From a virus, in the IMG/VR virus record IMGVR_UViG_3300019477_000097: a stretch of 59,863 nucleotides of DNA; one strand, 5' to 3'. Within the stretch, counting starts at the first letter, position 1. Each line of letters starts with the position of its first letter. The notes beneath the pieces are model-generated. The model was not told the DNA's origin. It did not search any database and was given only the letters and a program-made list of their open reading frames with translations. Shown here in pieces: positions 35,212 to 43,527 of this stretch. Position numbers and translations under genes: made by a program.

Positions 35212-37228
35212 GGACTGCTCCAATCTCTTTTAGGATTTTGTGTGCCTCTTCAATATACCAAGTGTGGTTAATATCGTCTGGAAATTCACTTGGTAATGTC
35301 AGGCATGGTTTAGCCCCGTCTGTTCGAGGTACTTTCTTTCCAGACTTAGCATAAACAATTTCGCCGTCCATATTGTTTGCGTAATACCAACGGATAGATT
35401 TACCTAAATAGTCCGTTTTGTCAGGATACACTTTAACCGCCCCGCCCGTAACACTACGGACGGTCAAGAACTTACTGATGTCCTTACAGTTTAAAATGTA
35501 ATCGTCCACAAGCCTACCTGTGGTTAAATAAGAACACACGGCATCAATGCAGACAATGTTTGTAGGATTTTTCTTCAAACGGTCAGCTAAATTTTTAGTG
35601 TCAGACCACGGATTAGCAAACGCGCCTTTGGTTTTAACAGACCCGTCAGGTTTGACCGCGATGTAGTTATTTACATCTCTTGAGTATATAGCGGAATAAA
35701 CAGTTTCTTCTGTTTGGAAAGCACAATCTATTTCCCACTGTTTAACAATGGCTTCCATTGTATCCTGCATTGTACGTTTACAATGGATAACAATGCCGTC
35801 AGTGTTCGCGCTAACCACACGGATTCCGGCTAACTCAAGACGTTCGATTAACATCAACAAAGATAGCTGTCCTGTTAGTGTAGTTTGGATAATAAGTTTA
35901 GGAGAATAAACAATAGAATATTTAGAACCAAATTTACCGTAAGAACCGTTAATAACGATTTTAAGACTGTCTGCTACAACCTTATCCCCGCGAGCTTTTG
36001 CGTCAACACGGCGATTTACAATGGCACGGTAAATTTGCAGGAATATTGGACCGAGATGTTCAGGGTATAACCCTTGATTAAGAATAATGTATGGATAGAA
36101 AGAGGTTACGTCCTTATCCCTGAGAATGTACTCTTCATCCTCTTTTACGCTTTGGCATTTTTCTGTCGAGTGTAACCCACCAATACCCATACGATAGACG
36201 GAAGTGTTAATTTCCAGCATGAGGTTTTTAATGGACGGCGGCAAGTCGATAGAACCACTTTCGCCAACTTCAAAAACGCTGTTTTGGATAATCTGTAACG
36301 CCCTTTGCATTAACGGCGTTTGGAACTTGATAAAGTGCGGCGTGTCATACCTGTATTGAGTACCAACGGGAATCTCAACACGTTTCGCCCGCCTACCTGT
36401 TGCGCGGTAATATTCGGCGGCAATAACCGCTTCAGCAATTTGCGCGTCTGATTTGGAACGCAAGTCCACGCCCTCTTCGTTGGACATGGCATAACGCAGA
36501 TTTAAATGTTCTTGAAGTGTTTGGTGTAGAAAACCTGTGGCTACTAAGTCGGCTTCCACGTTATACCATTTAACAATGTCCATTTGTTCGCGGGACAAGT
36601 TTTGGTTAACTTCAAACGGCAAGTCCTCAAGACGTGGCGTGTGCAAACGTCCACCGTAAATTTTAAGGGAAGAGAAAGAGGGTGCAACTTCGATAAGGTC
36701 AATATTATCCCAAGCTGGCATTTTAACGCCAAAATGTTTTAAGACATCCGATGGGCGCATTTGCTGGGCGACAATCATATCACTGGCTTGTTTGAGCAAG
36801 CCGTTATTTGCTCCATTTACGGCAAGGGCGGTGATTGGTAAGTCATAATTCAAGCTATTGAAGCCAACTGTGGTAAAATTATCCAGAATCCACTTCAGCT
36901 TACCAGCTTCAAAATTACTGTCCTTTGTCATTTCAAAATAGACGAGTTTGCCAGAAACAACGCTACGGAAAGAGGCGAGGAAGTAGTTAGGGTACGTTTC
37001 AATGTCGAACAACAAGCGTTCTTTGTTACCACAAGCAGCAAGCAGTTCCATGTCGTTCATCAACGGAACTTGCATATTTTGCGCTTCTTCTAAATTGGGT
37101 AAATAGTCCGGCGATAACCACACTGGTTCAGGCGGTTCAACTTTTGCTTTTACTTTTTGCTTTTTCTTTTCAGAACGTATAACGTGAGGAACATCTTCCC
37201 AAAATAAACCAACTGCATCTTTTCTCAT
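35201..37228 (-). CDS. DNA polymerase, family B, with 3'-5' exonuclease domain
   Basis: Exo I FDIET, Exo II NSLNYDLPI, motif A DVTSFYPYII, motif B KIVINGSYGKFG and motif C SANTDGIVI. The start at 37228 forms an ATGA overlap with the upstream stop. Confidence 0.85.
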   Translation of the reverse strand: MRKDAVGLFWEDVPHVIRSEKKKQKVKAKVEPPEPVWLSPDYLPNLEEAQNMQVPLMNDMELLAACGNKERLLFDIETYPNYFLASFRSVVSGKLVYFEMTKDSNFEAGKLKWILDNFTTVGFNSLNYDLPITALAVNGANNGLLKQASDMIVAQQMRPSDVLKHFGVKMPAWDNIDLIEVAPSFSSLKIYGGRLHTPRLEDLPFEVNQNLSREQMDIVKWYNVEADLVATGFLHQTLQEHLNLRYAMSNEEGVDLRSKSDAQIAEAVIAAEYYRATGRRAKRVEIPVGTQYRYDTPHFIKFQTPLMQRALQIIQNSVFEVGESGSIDLPPSIKNLMLEINTSVYRMGIGGLHSTEKCQSVKEDEEYILRDKDVTSFYPYIILNQGLYPEHLGPIFLQIYRAIVNRRVDAKARGDKVVADSLKIVINGSYGKFGSKYSIVYSPKLIIQTTLTGQLSLLMLIERLELAGIRVVSANTDGIVIHCKRTMQDTMEAIVKQWEIDCAFQTEETVYSAIYSRDVNNYIAVKPDGSVKTKGAFANPWSDTKNLADRLKKNPTNIVCIDAVCSYLTTGRLVDDYILNCKDISKFLTVRSVTGGAVKVYPDKTDYLGKSIRWYYANNMDGEIVYAKSGKKVPRTDGAKPCLTLPSEFPDDINHTWYIEEAHKILKEIGAVHEN

Positions 37229-38181
37229 TCTTTCATTCCAATAATCAAACCGCGTAAATTGTCCCCAAAGAACGCGCAAGGTTTAGGATACGTTGTAAGG
37301 TCTATCTGCTTCGCTACACCTTTTAAGAGGGCGAACATTTCATGGCGATAAATACCTTTTAAGGTTTGGTCGCTTATGGCGTATGTTGCACCTGTGGTTA
37401 AATCGGATTCAGTGGACATAATGCCGTTTGCAAAATGGATTTTGCCAAACTTACCGACAAAAGGTTTGATTGTTTCCAAGCCCTCAAATACGTCCTCATT
37501 TAAAGAGTGAGGATTGCTTTTCTGTCCGTCCAGCAAAGCAACGTAATCAGGGCAGCCATCCTCAAGTAATTGAGTTCTTAACCATCTGTCACCACTGTAA
37601 ACGAAAGTAATACTATTGTCGTGAAGCATCATTCCCATCGGTGCTTCCTTAATGCGTAACATTTCTTTTACGGCAGCACTTGGAATATTCACACGTTTTG
37701 GAAACGGCGTACCGAGCCAGTATTGGACAAGGCAGACGTTATTTGTGGCAAAAGCGGAAGAACTGTCCAACAATACACCCATACCCCACGCACGAGAAGC
37801 ATCGTTACCAATAAAAGGTAAAAGGACTTGGAAAGCCTTTACCACATCTTCGCCGTTAATGGGAACTTCCACACCCTCAGGATGAATACCTAACCACTCG
37901 CCATCCAAGCAGTTAACAAAGGCTTTAAACTTGCCAGATTGGATTCGCAAGCGATTAGTTTCTGTCATTGTAATGCTGACAGTGTCCTCGCATTTGGAAA
38001 TAGCCTTAACCATGTCGGCGGCTTTTGGTTTACAGTCGATATCGAGAGGTATTGGACAGGATAAAGCAAGCTGTCCGTTAAAAGCGGTAATGCGTCCGCT
38101 TTTGATTTCAAAGTGCGTCATTTCAGGAACAAAATCCTTTTTAGCAACAGCACCCTGAACAAATTTTAAAGAGTTAAGCAT
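37225..38181 (-). CDS. Putative sliding-clamp (beta-clamp-like) processivity factor
   Basis: By-eye resemblance to the DnaN N-terminal pattern (LKFVQGAVAKK...NGQLALSCPIPLD...RLRIQSGKFKAFV). It is coupled to the polymerase gene. Confidence 0.45.
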   Translation of the reverse strand: MLNSLKFVQGAVAKKDFVPEMTHFEIKSGRITAFNGQLALSCPIPLDIDCKPKAADMVKAISKCEDTVSITMTETNRLRIQSGKFKAFVNCLDGEWLGIHPEGVEVPINGEDVVKAFQVLLPFIGNDASRAWGMGVLLDSSSAFATNNVCLVQYWLGTPFPKRVNIPSAAVKEMLRIKEAPMGMMLHDNSITFVYSGDRWLRTQLLEDGCPDYVALLDGQKSNPHSLNEDVFEGLETIKPFVGKFGKIHFANGIMSTESDLTTGATYAISDQTLKGIYRHEMFALLKGVAKQIDLTTYPKPCAFFGDNLRGLIIGMKE

Positions 38182-38356
38182 GGACGTGGCCTTTTAAGAT
38201 ATTTGTCAAGGTAGAAGCCCATTTTTTTGCAGACTTATAATCTCCAAATTTTTTAGAAAATAATACTACTTCATCTCCGTAAATATTGGCGATGTATTCA
38301 CCGTAACCTGCTTTAAAAACTTCATAAGAAACTTTAACTCTTGCGTCAAATAACAT
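38174..38356 (-). CDS. Hypothetical protein (60 aa)
   Basis: ORF-track ORF, coupled between dpdA and the clamp-like gene. Confidence 0.5.
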   Translation of the reverse strand: MLFDARVKVSYEVFKAGYGEYIANIYGDEVVLFSKKFGDYKSAKKWASTLTNILKGHVHA

Positions 38357-39288
38357 TAAAATAACTCCTGATTGTGGGCTTGGAAATGGTTGTAATCGTT
38401 TGCAGCATTCATCATTGCATTAATTACACCATACGCCCAAAGATTGTAAGCCATGCGACTTTGATAAACTGTCGACAATCTTTCGTAAGTAAATCCTGCA
38501 CGTTCCAAAGCCTCTAAAACTTTGTCCTGTTCAGCAGGCGTTAATGTAGACAAGTGCATACCAGCGTCATGTCGTTGTGGGGATTTATCGGATATCGCTA
38601 TTGGTCCGAATTCCGGCGTTACAATAGAACCGAACGAACCTGTTTGAATCCAAGAAGACGAGTCACAACTCCACCACGGATATCGTTCCATGATTGGAAT
38701 AGAGGTAATACCGAAGCCATGCACTTTTATGCGAGGGCGTCCTGAACCATCAACAAGGAACTTGTCCCAAACCCTGTCTAACCACAACATAAGCTGTTTA
38801 GTGGAACTTCCTACCATGCCACCTAAGCTGATGTAGTCGTAGTTTTGGATATACCATTCCAAATAACGTTCGTCCTCGCCTGCGTGGAAGCACGGCATAG
38901 GTTTCACACCCAACGCTTCCATAGACAACTGGTTACGATACGTCTCTAAAGGGTCACCGATACCGTCCAATACGGCAGCCATTAAAACGCCGTCCTCAAC
39001 ACGAAGAATGTCGATATTGCGTTTGATATAGTCCACATACGTTGGTAAATGGATTTTTGCGCCCAATGTGTACGCGGAGAACGCGCCACTGTCAAGAAAT
39101 ATCTTTGCGCCGTCCTCGCGCATACCTTTCACATATTTGTCTTTCCAAACATAGTGGTAGGATTCAAGAATGTTTGGTAAATTGGATACGATATTACGTT
39201 CATGTTCGTTTAGCACGTCCCAACGAATAGGGCTGTGCATACCTGGAACATATTCGTTCGTATATACGGCAGCCGTGTATAACTTCAT
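38356..39288 (-). CDS. dpdA: DpdA-type DNA guanine transglycosylase (TGT superfamily)
   Basis: TGT-like motifs FLDSGAFS (catalytic Asp region), ISLGGMVGSS and WWSCDSSSW. It is adjacent to the folE/queD/queE/queC set. Confidence 0.8.
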   Translation of the reverse strand: MKLYTAAVYTNEYVPGMHSPIRWDVLNEHERNIVSNLPNILESYHYVWKDKYVKGMREDGAKIFLDSGAFSAYTLGAKIHLPTYVDYIKRNIDILRVEDGVLMAAVLDGIGDPLETYRNQLSMEALGVKPMPCFHAGEDERYLEWYIQNYDYISLGGMVGSSTKQLMLWLDRVWDKFLVDGSGRPRIKVHGFGITSIPIMERYPWWSCDSSSWIQTGSFGSIVTPEFGPIAISDKSPQRHDAGMHLSTLTPAEQDKVLEALERAGFTYERLSTVYQSRMAYNLWAYGVINAMMNAANDYNHFQAHNQELF

Positions 39289-39304
39289 TTGACATCCTCA
39301 TATA

Positions 39305-39335
39305 ATTAACGGCATAAAGGTATTATGCCGTTAAT
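39305..39335 (-). promoter_or_regulatory. Perfect 12-bp stem-loop between folE and dpdA (attenuator/processing candidate)
   Basis: attaacggcata / tatgccgttaat with a 7-nt loop. There is no U tract before the dpdA RBS. Confidence 0.45.
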
Positions 39336-39353
39336 CCGTTTAAATCGCAAGTA

Positions 39354-39944
39354 TCAGTTTGCCAAGTTTAAAAACTCGGCGCGTGTTTGGGGTTCATCAC
39401 GAATTGCACCACGCAACGCCGAAGTAATTGTTTCAGCACCTTGCGTCTCAATACCGCGACTTTCCATGCACATATGACGGCATTTAATAAGCACACCCAC
39501 GCCCAACGGCTGCAGATGCTCTTCAATAGCGTCAGCGATTTGCTGTGTCAAGCGTTCCTGCACTTGCAAACGGCGGGCGAAGATATTAGCTACACGTTTG
39601 AGCTTTGACAAACCGACAACTTTACCGTTTGGAATGTAGGCAATGGTTACAGTACCAAAGAACGGCGCAAGGTGATGCTCGCAATGGCTGTAAATCGGCA
39701 TATCCTTAACGATAACCATTTGGTCGTATTTTTCCGCCCCGTCCTCAAACACTTTAAGAACGTCCGCAGGGTTTTGGTTGTAACCTTGCGTCCAAAATTC
39801 CCATGCTTTTAAGGCGCGGGCAGGCGTTTCAATCAGACCACCACGTTCAGGGTTCTCGCCAATAACTCTTAAAAGGTCTCGAAAAACCTTTTCCTCTTTA
39901 GGACGAAAATCGCCTTTAGAGGATGTTTTGCAGTTTTCACACAT
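39354..39944 (-). CDS. folE: GTP cyclohydrolase I
   Basis: Signature SHCEHHLAPF and an overall FolE-like pattern. 196 aa. Confidence 0.9.
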   Translation of the reverse strand: MCENCKTSSKGDFRPKEEKVFRDLLRVIGENPERGGLIETPARALKAWEFWTQGYNQNPADVLKVFEDGAEKYDQMVIVKDMPIYSHCEHHLAPFFGTVTIAYIPNGKVVGLSKLKRVANIFARRLQVQERLTQQIADAIEEHLQPLGVGVLIKCRHMCMESRGIETQGAETITSALRGAIRDEPQTRAEFLNLAN

Positions 39945-39953
39945 AGTTGTTCC

Positions 39954-40463
39954 TTAATCCATAAACGGCATTAAGCCGCGAGATTGTTGAGATTTATCTG
40001 TGGTTACTGTTGCAGAACATTTTCGTGTCTCTTCAATAGTAACTTGAGTTACCGTCACGCCTGTTCCTTTTAATTGAGCAGGGGCAACGACTTTAATCAA
40101 ATGTTCGGCAAGGTTTTCCGCAGTAGGATTGAAATCCAACCAAACAAGGGATTCGTTGAAATGCTGGCGGTCTTCTTGCGATTGTTCGTCGTCATTGTTA
40201 ACCGAACAGTGAATGCCATACATTAAGGCATCGTTTTCCCAAACCAGGAACTTGTGGTCCCAGTTCTTTTCTAACCACATACAAAGGCGGTCTTTTATAA
40301 CTGAGAAATCAATCACACGACCCAAATCGTCCAGCTTTTCAGCTTCGCAAGTGAAGTGAATACGATAGTTATGGCCGTGTAGATGGCGGCATTTACCCTC
40401 ATGACCTACGACACGATGTCCGGCACAAATGTCGTGGTAACGGGTGATGGACGTTTTACTCAT
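39954..40463 (-). CDS. queD: 6-carboxy-5,6,7,8-tetrahydropterin synthase
   Basis: CxxxHGHxY motif (CRHLHGHNYRIHF). At 169 aa it is longer than typical QueD. Confidence 0.85.
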   Translation of the reverse strand: MSKTSITRYHDICAGHRVVGHEGKCRHLHGHNYRIHFTCEAEKLDDLGRVIDFSVIKDRLCMWLEKNWDHKFLVWENDALMYGIHCSVNNDDEQSQEDRQHFNESLVWLDFNPTAENLAEHLIKVVAPAQLKGTGVTVTQVTIEETRKCSATVTTDKSQQSRGLMPFMD

Positions 40464-40744
40464 TATTCGCTTCTTTCTGCCGTTGCAACGTGACGACCTG
40501 TTAAAAGTTTAACTTCACATTTAATGGCGTTAGGATATGTTTCCAACACGTCCTTAGCAATGTCCTCCATGAACATACGCTTCATAGAATAATTCTTGCG
40601 TAACTCTTTACGCACTTTGAACAATTCTTCAAAACCGTCAAAAGTTACATAAATGTAAATAACGTCCGGCAAAACCGCCAAAGGACAACGAGTGATAATC
40701 GGCAACCATGTAGACACGCGAGTTGTCATTTTAGGATTAGACAT
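40463..40744 (-). CDS. Small QueF-like tunnelling-fold protein (93 aa; alternative start 40729)
   Basis: CPLAVLPD aligns with the QueF catalytic CPxTGQPD. The following I.IYV..... and F.ED also align with B. subtilis QueF by eye. The NADPH motif E[SL]K[SA]hK[LY][YFW] is not evident, and FHED reads FMED. Confidence 0.55.
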   Translation of the reverse strand: MSNPKMTTRVSTWLPIITRCPLAVLPDVIYIYVTFDGFEELFKVRKELRKNYSMKRMFMEDIAKDVLETYPNAIKCEVKLLTGRHVATAERSE

Positions 40745-41133
40745 AATAACACGCTCCATAAAACGGCTAAGAATAAGCCAAGATAAAAAGATGAGTTGAA
40801 GAATTCCCATTCAGGCATAAAACTAAACCTTTTGGGGAGCGGGTATAGTAACACACTTCCCCACTCTTTGCCATGCGTAAATAAATCCAAATAGAGATGG
40901 CTCAAATACGCTAAAAATAACCCTGCATTGCCGTAAAGGGCATAGCCTGCTATACCCACAATAACAGCCGCTGCTAGGCTGTGTGTTGCATTGTAGGCGG
41001 GCGGCGGGCTTGGGTAACGCTTTACCCGCATAATAGGCAAATCGGCGGCAATGCCCGCTATTGCGCCTGCAATGGGGTGTCCAAAAAAGCTCCCCGTGTA
41101 TGCACCTACAACGGCGTGAGTGGTGATGTCCAT
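40726..41133 (-). CDS. Small His-rich integral membrane protein (YdjM/DUF457-like metal-dependent hydrolase pattern)
   Basis: MDITTHA..., THS and SHLYLDLFTH motifs, with about 4 hydrophobic segments. It lies inside the deazaguanine cluster. Confidence 0.55.
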   Translation of the reverse strand: MDITTHAVVGAYTGSFFGHPIAGAIAGIAADLPIMRVKRYPSPPPAYNATHSLAAAVIVGIAGYALYGNAGLFLAYLSHLYLDLFTHGKEWGSVLLYPLPKRFSFMPEWEFFNSSFYLGLFLAVLWSVLLCLILK

Positions 41134-41904
41134 TTAAATACCGATAATCGCTTGAGTTTCGTCAAACAGTTCTTCGCGGTAGTTTTTAGTTGTCGGCATC
41201 GGCATTACGCCCTCGACAACAGCGCGAACAACCAACGGGTCAGGCAATCCTGCTTCTAAAAACCCTTGCGCCCGCAGGATATTACTGTGGTTATTATCGG
41301 TTGGCGGGTATTTGCCGTCATAAGACGTGTGAGAATATGCCAACGCTTTCCAGCAATCTGGCATCTCATACGCCATTTCGACTGTTTCGCATTTAGTGTT
41401 GTAAAGTAAAGGTGCAACAACTTGGAAATTATCTACACCCAAAGATGTGCTGGCGGCATGGTTAAATGCTTCCAGGAACTGGGCTGTACAATCTGGATAG
41501 TTTGCATTGTCCGTTGCACAAATACCTGTAACCAATGTATCACAACCGAGATAGATTGCGCGGTTCATTGCGATTGTGAAGAACAGCATATTACGCATCG
41601 GAACAAAAGTAGATTCGACTTTCTTACCGACAGTTTTTTCCATTTGTTCAAACGATTCGTATTTTTCCAATTTTGTATCGGAAGTCAACGGGCTTGTGGA
41701 TTTCAGGCAGTTCGGAATTTCAACAAATTCGTGGGATTCAACACCTGCAATCTCTGCAACCTTTTCCGCAGCGTCGAGTTCGATAACGTGGCGTTGTCCG
41801 TAGTAAAACGTCACGGCGTGTACTTCGTCAAAGTTCTTTTTCGCCCAGAAAAGGCAAGTGGTGGAATCTTGTCCACCGGACAGAATCACTAATGCTTTAC
41901 TCAT
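41134..41904 (-). CDS. queC: 7-cyano-7-deazaguanine synthase-like (QueC family), lacking the usual C-terminal Zn-binding cysteines
   Basis: PP-loop motif ILSGGQDSTTC. E. coli TCYNG...[12 protein letters not shown] aligns here with TSYDG...DNNHSNILRA. Confidence 0.85.
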   Translation of the reverse strand: MSKALVILSGGQDSTTCLFWAKKNFDEVHAVTFYYGQRHVIELDAAEKVAEIAGVESHEFVEIPNCLKSTSPLTSDTKLEKYESFEQMEKTVGKKVESTFVPMRNMLFFTIAMNRAIYLGCDTLVTGICATDNANYPDCTAQFLEAFNHAASTSLGVDNFQVVAPLLYNTKCETVEMAYEMPDCWKALAYSHTSYDGKYPPTDNNHSNILRAQGFLEAGLPDPLVVRAVVEGVMPMPTTKNYREELFDETQAIIGI

Positions 41905-41909
41905 TGTGG

Positions 41910-42665
41910 TTACTCCATGTTGATAATCTTGTGAGTTTGGATTTGAAGCGTATAACCGCCTTTAAGACAGCTATTAATAGCTTCTTGTAAGTTCAATTTG
42001 TTCTTGACTTCGTCTTGTTCGTCCATTGGTTGAACGTAAACTGTTTGTACAAAGTCATGGGACGGACGTGCAACTCTTACACCAACAGGATGGTCTAAGC
42101 TGTGGATAGGTAAGTAGTCCATTGGATCCACGTCATTGTGCTTAATCACATACTTAAGGGCGCAGGCGTATTTACGAATCAGAGGATTGATTCCTCCAGA
42201 TTTAGGGGAACAAACAATATAAACGGCGGATATACCTTGAACGTTCACGTTTGTTACAAACGAAGAATAGTGATAATTCTCTTCCACACCATTGTCGAAT
42301 GGAACAGGTGGCAGTGTGCCGTTTGTTTCAATCTGGACTTTCATACCCATTTTAACAAGCAGTTCCAAAAGATAACGAATGTTGTATTGACGGAATGGTT
42401 CGCCGCCTGTGATAACCACAAGGTTATCCTTAGTTGTCATTTCAAGAATTTTAGAAACAATTTCTTGTGCGGACATAAAGTGGCGTTGGGACGTGTAGTC
42501 TGTGTCGCAGCCTGGACACTGTAAGTTACAACCTGCTAAACGGACAAATACGGCAGGACGGCCTGTAAACGGACCTTCACCTTGAATTGTGTAGAAGATA
42601 GAATGAACTGCAATAGCTCGATGGTCTGGTTGGAAAAACTTCTCAATAGGTTGAATGTTTATCAT
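41910..42665 (-). CDS. queE: 7-carboxy-7-deazaguanine synthase (radical SAM)
   Basis: CxxxCxxC cluster AGCNLQCPGCDT. 251 aa. Confidence 0.9.
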   Translation of the reverse strand: MINIQPIEKFFQPDHRAIAVHSIFYTIQGEGPFTGRPAVFVRLAGCNLQCPGCDTDYTSQRHFMSAQEIVSKILEMTTKDNLVVITGGEPFRQYNIRYLLELLVKMGMKVQIETNGTLPPVPFDNGVEENYHYSSFVTNVNVQGISAVYIVCSPKSGGINPLIRKYACALKYVIKHNDVDPMDYLPIHSLDHPVGVRVARPSHDFVQTVYVQPMDEQDEVKNKLNLQEAINSCLKGGYTLQIQTHKIINME

Positions 42666-42739
42666 TTCTATAACCTTTATTCACGATTAAGGTGCGTGGG
42701 TTTCATAGGGTTTCACACGCCTTAAACTAATCTACCGGA

Positions 42740-43429
42740 TTATTGTTGCGGTTCGCTTTTTTCCAGGTTCACGCCTTGCACGGGAGCTTTTTCAGCTTCA
42801 GCTTTGGCAGCAGCTTTTGCTTCTGCTTCAGCTTGCTTTTTAGCAGCCTTTTCAGCTTCTTTTGCTTCTTTGGCAGCTTGGCGTTCTGCTTCTTTTTTGG
42901 CTTTGGCTTCAGCTTTAGCGGCTTCGGCGGCAGCTTTCTTTTCGGCAGCAGCAGGGTTTTCAATTCGACCTGTTACGCCGAAGAATTTACGCCAGCGGGC
43001 ATATTCCACGCGAACGTTAGTCGGGTTCAAACCGCGTTCTTGTGCAATCGGCAAGCATTCGCCAATGGCAGCCGGAGAACCTTTGCTTTGGGACACTTCG
43101 TCAAAGATTGCCCATGCTTGACCGCACAAAGTTTCAGGTTTTGGACGGCGGATACCGTTTTGAATCGGCATACGATTTGCTTCTTTGGCAGCTTTAGCAG
43201 CTTCCTTAGCTTTAGCGGCTTCCTCTGCTTTGGCAGCTTTGGCGGCTTCGCGTTCGGCTTTGGCTTGCTCTTTGGCGGCAGCTTTTTCTGCAGCTTTTTG
43301 AGCTTTTTCAGCTTCCTTAGCGGCTTTTTCGGCTTCTTTCTTAGCCTTAGCTTCTGCTTTGGCTTGTTCTTTGTTGGCGGCTTCTGCTTGGTCTTGCAGT
43401 GCTTTTTCCATTTCGTTTGAAACGCTCAT
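42740..43429 (-). CDS. Lys/Ala/Glu-rich histone-H1/AlgP-like protein with a central NGIRRP...RWRKF domain
   Basis: Both flanks are KAEAKAKKEAEKAAKEAEKAQKAAEK-type repeats. The central 65 aa are paralogous to 2357..2716. Confidence 0.8.
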   Translation of the reverse strand: MSVSNEMEKALQDQAEAANKEQAKAEAKAKKEAEKAAKEAEKAQKAAEKAAAKEQAKAEREAAKAAKAEEAAKAKEAAKAAKEANRMPIQNGIRRPKPETLCGQAWAIFDEVSQSKGSPAAIGECLPIAQERGLNPTNVRVEYARWRKFFGVTGRIENPAAAEKKAAAEAAKAEAKAKKEAERQAAKEAKEAEKAAKKQAEAEAKAAAKAEAEKAPVQGVNLEKSEPQQ

Positions 43430-43527
43430 GATATTTCCTTTTGTTTGTTGGTTAATGAATGGTTGTTTTGTTTAGGAGTTGCCAGTATAACCCTAATCTC
43501 AAGTGACGTGTAGATTTTATTTGTAAA

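Noticed and set aside
42743-43420. Large ORFs in other frames or strands of the Lys/Ala/Glu-rich gene (42743..43420 +, 42804..43121 +, 42769..42963 -)
   Set aside because: They are artefacts of the GCTTC/GCAGC low-complexity DNA. Only the minus-strand 229-aa frame has a recognisable non-repetitive core domain and sensible gene context.
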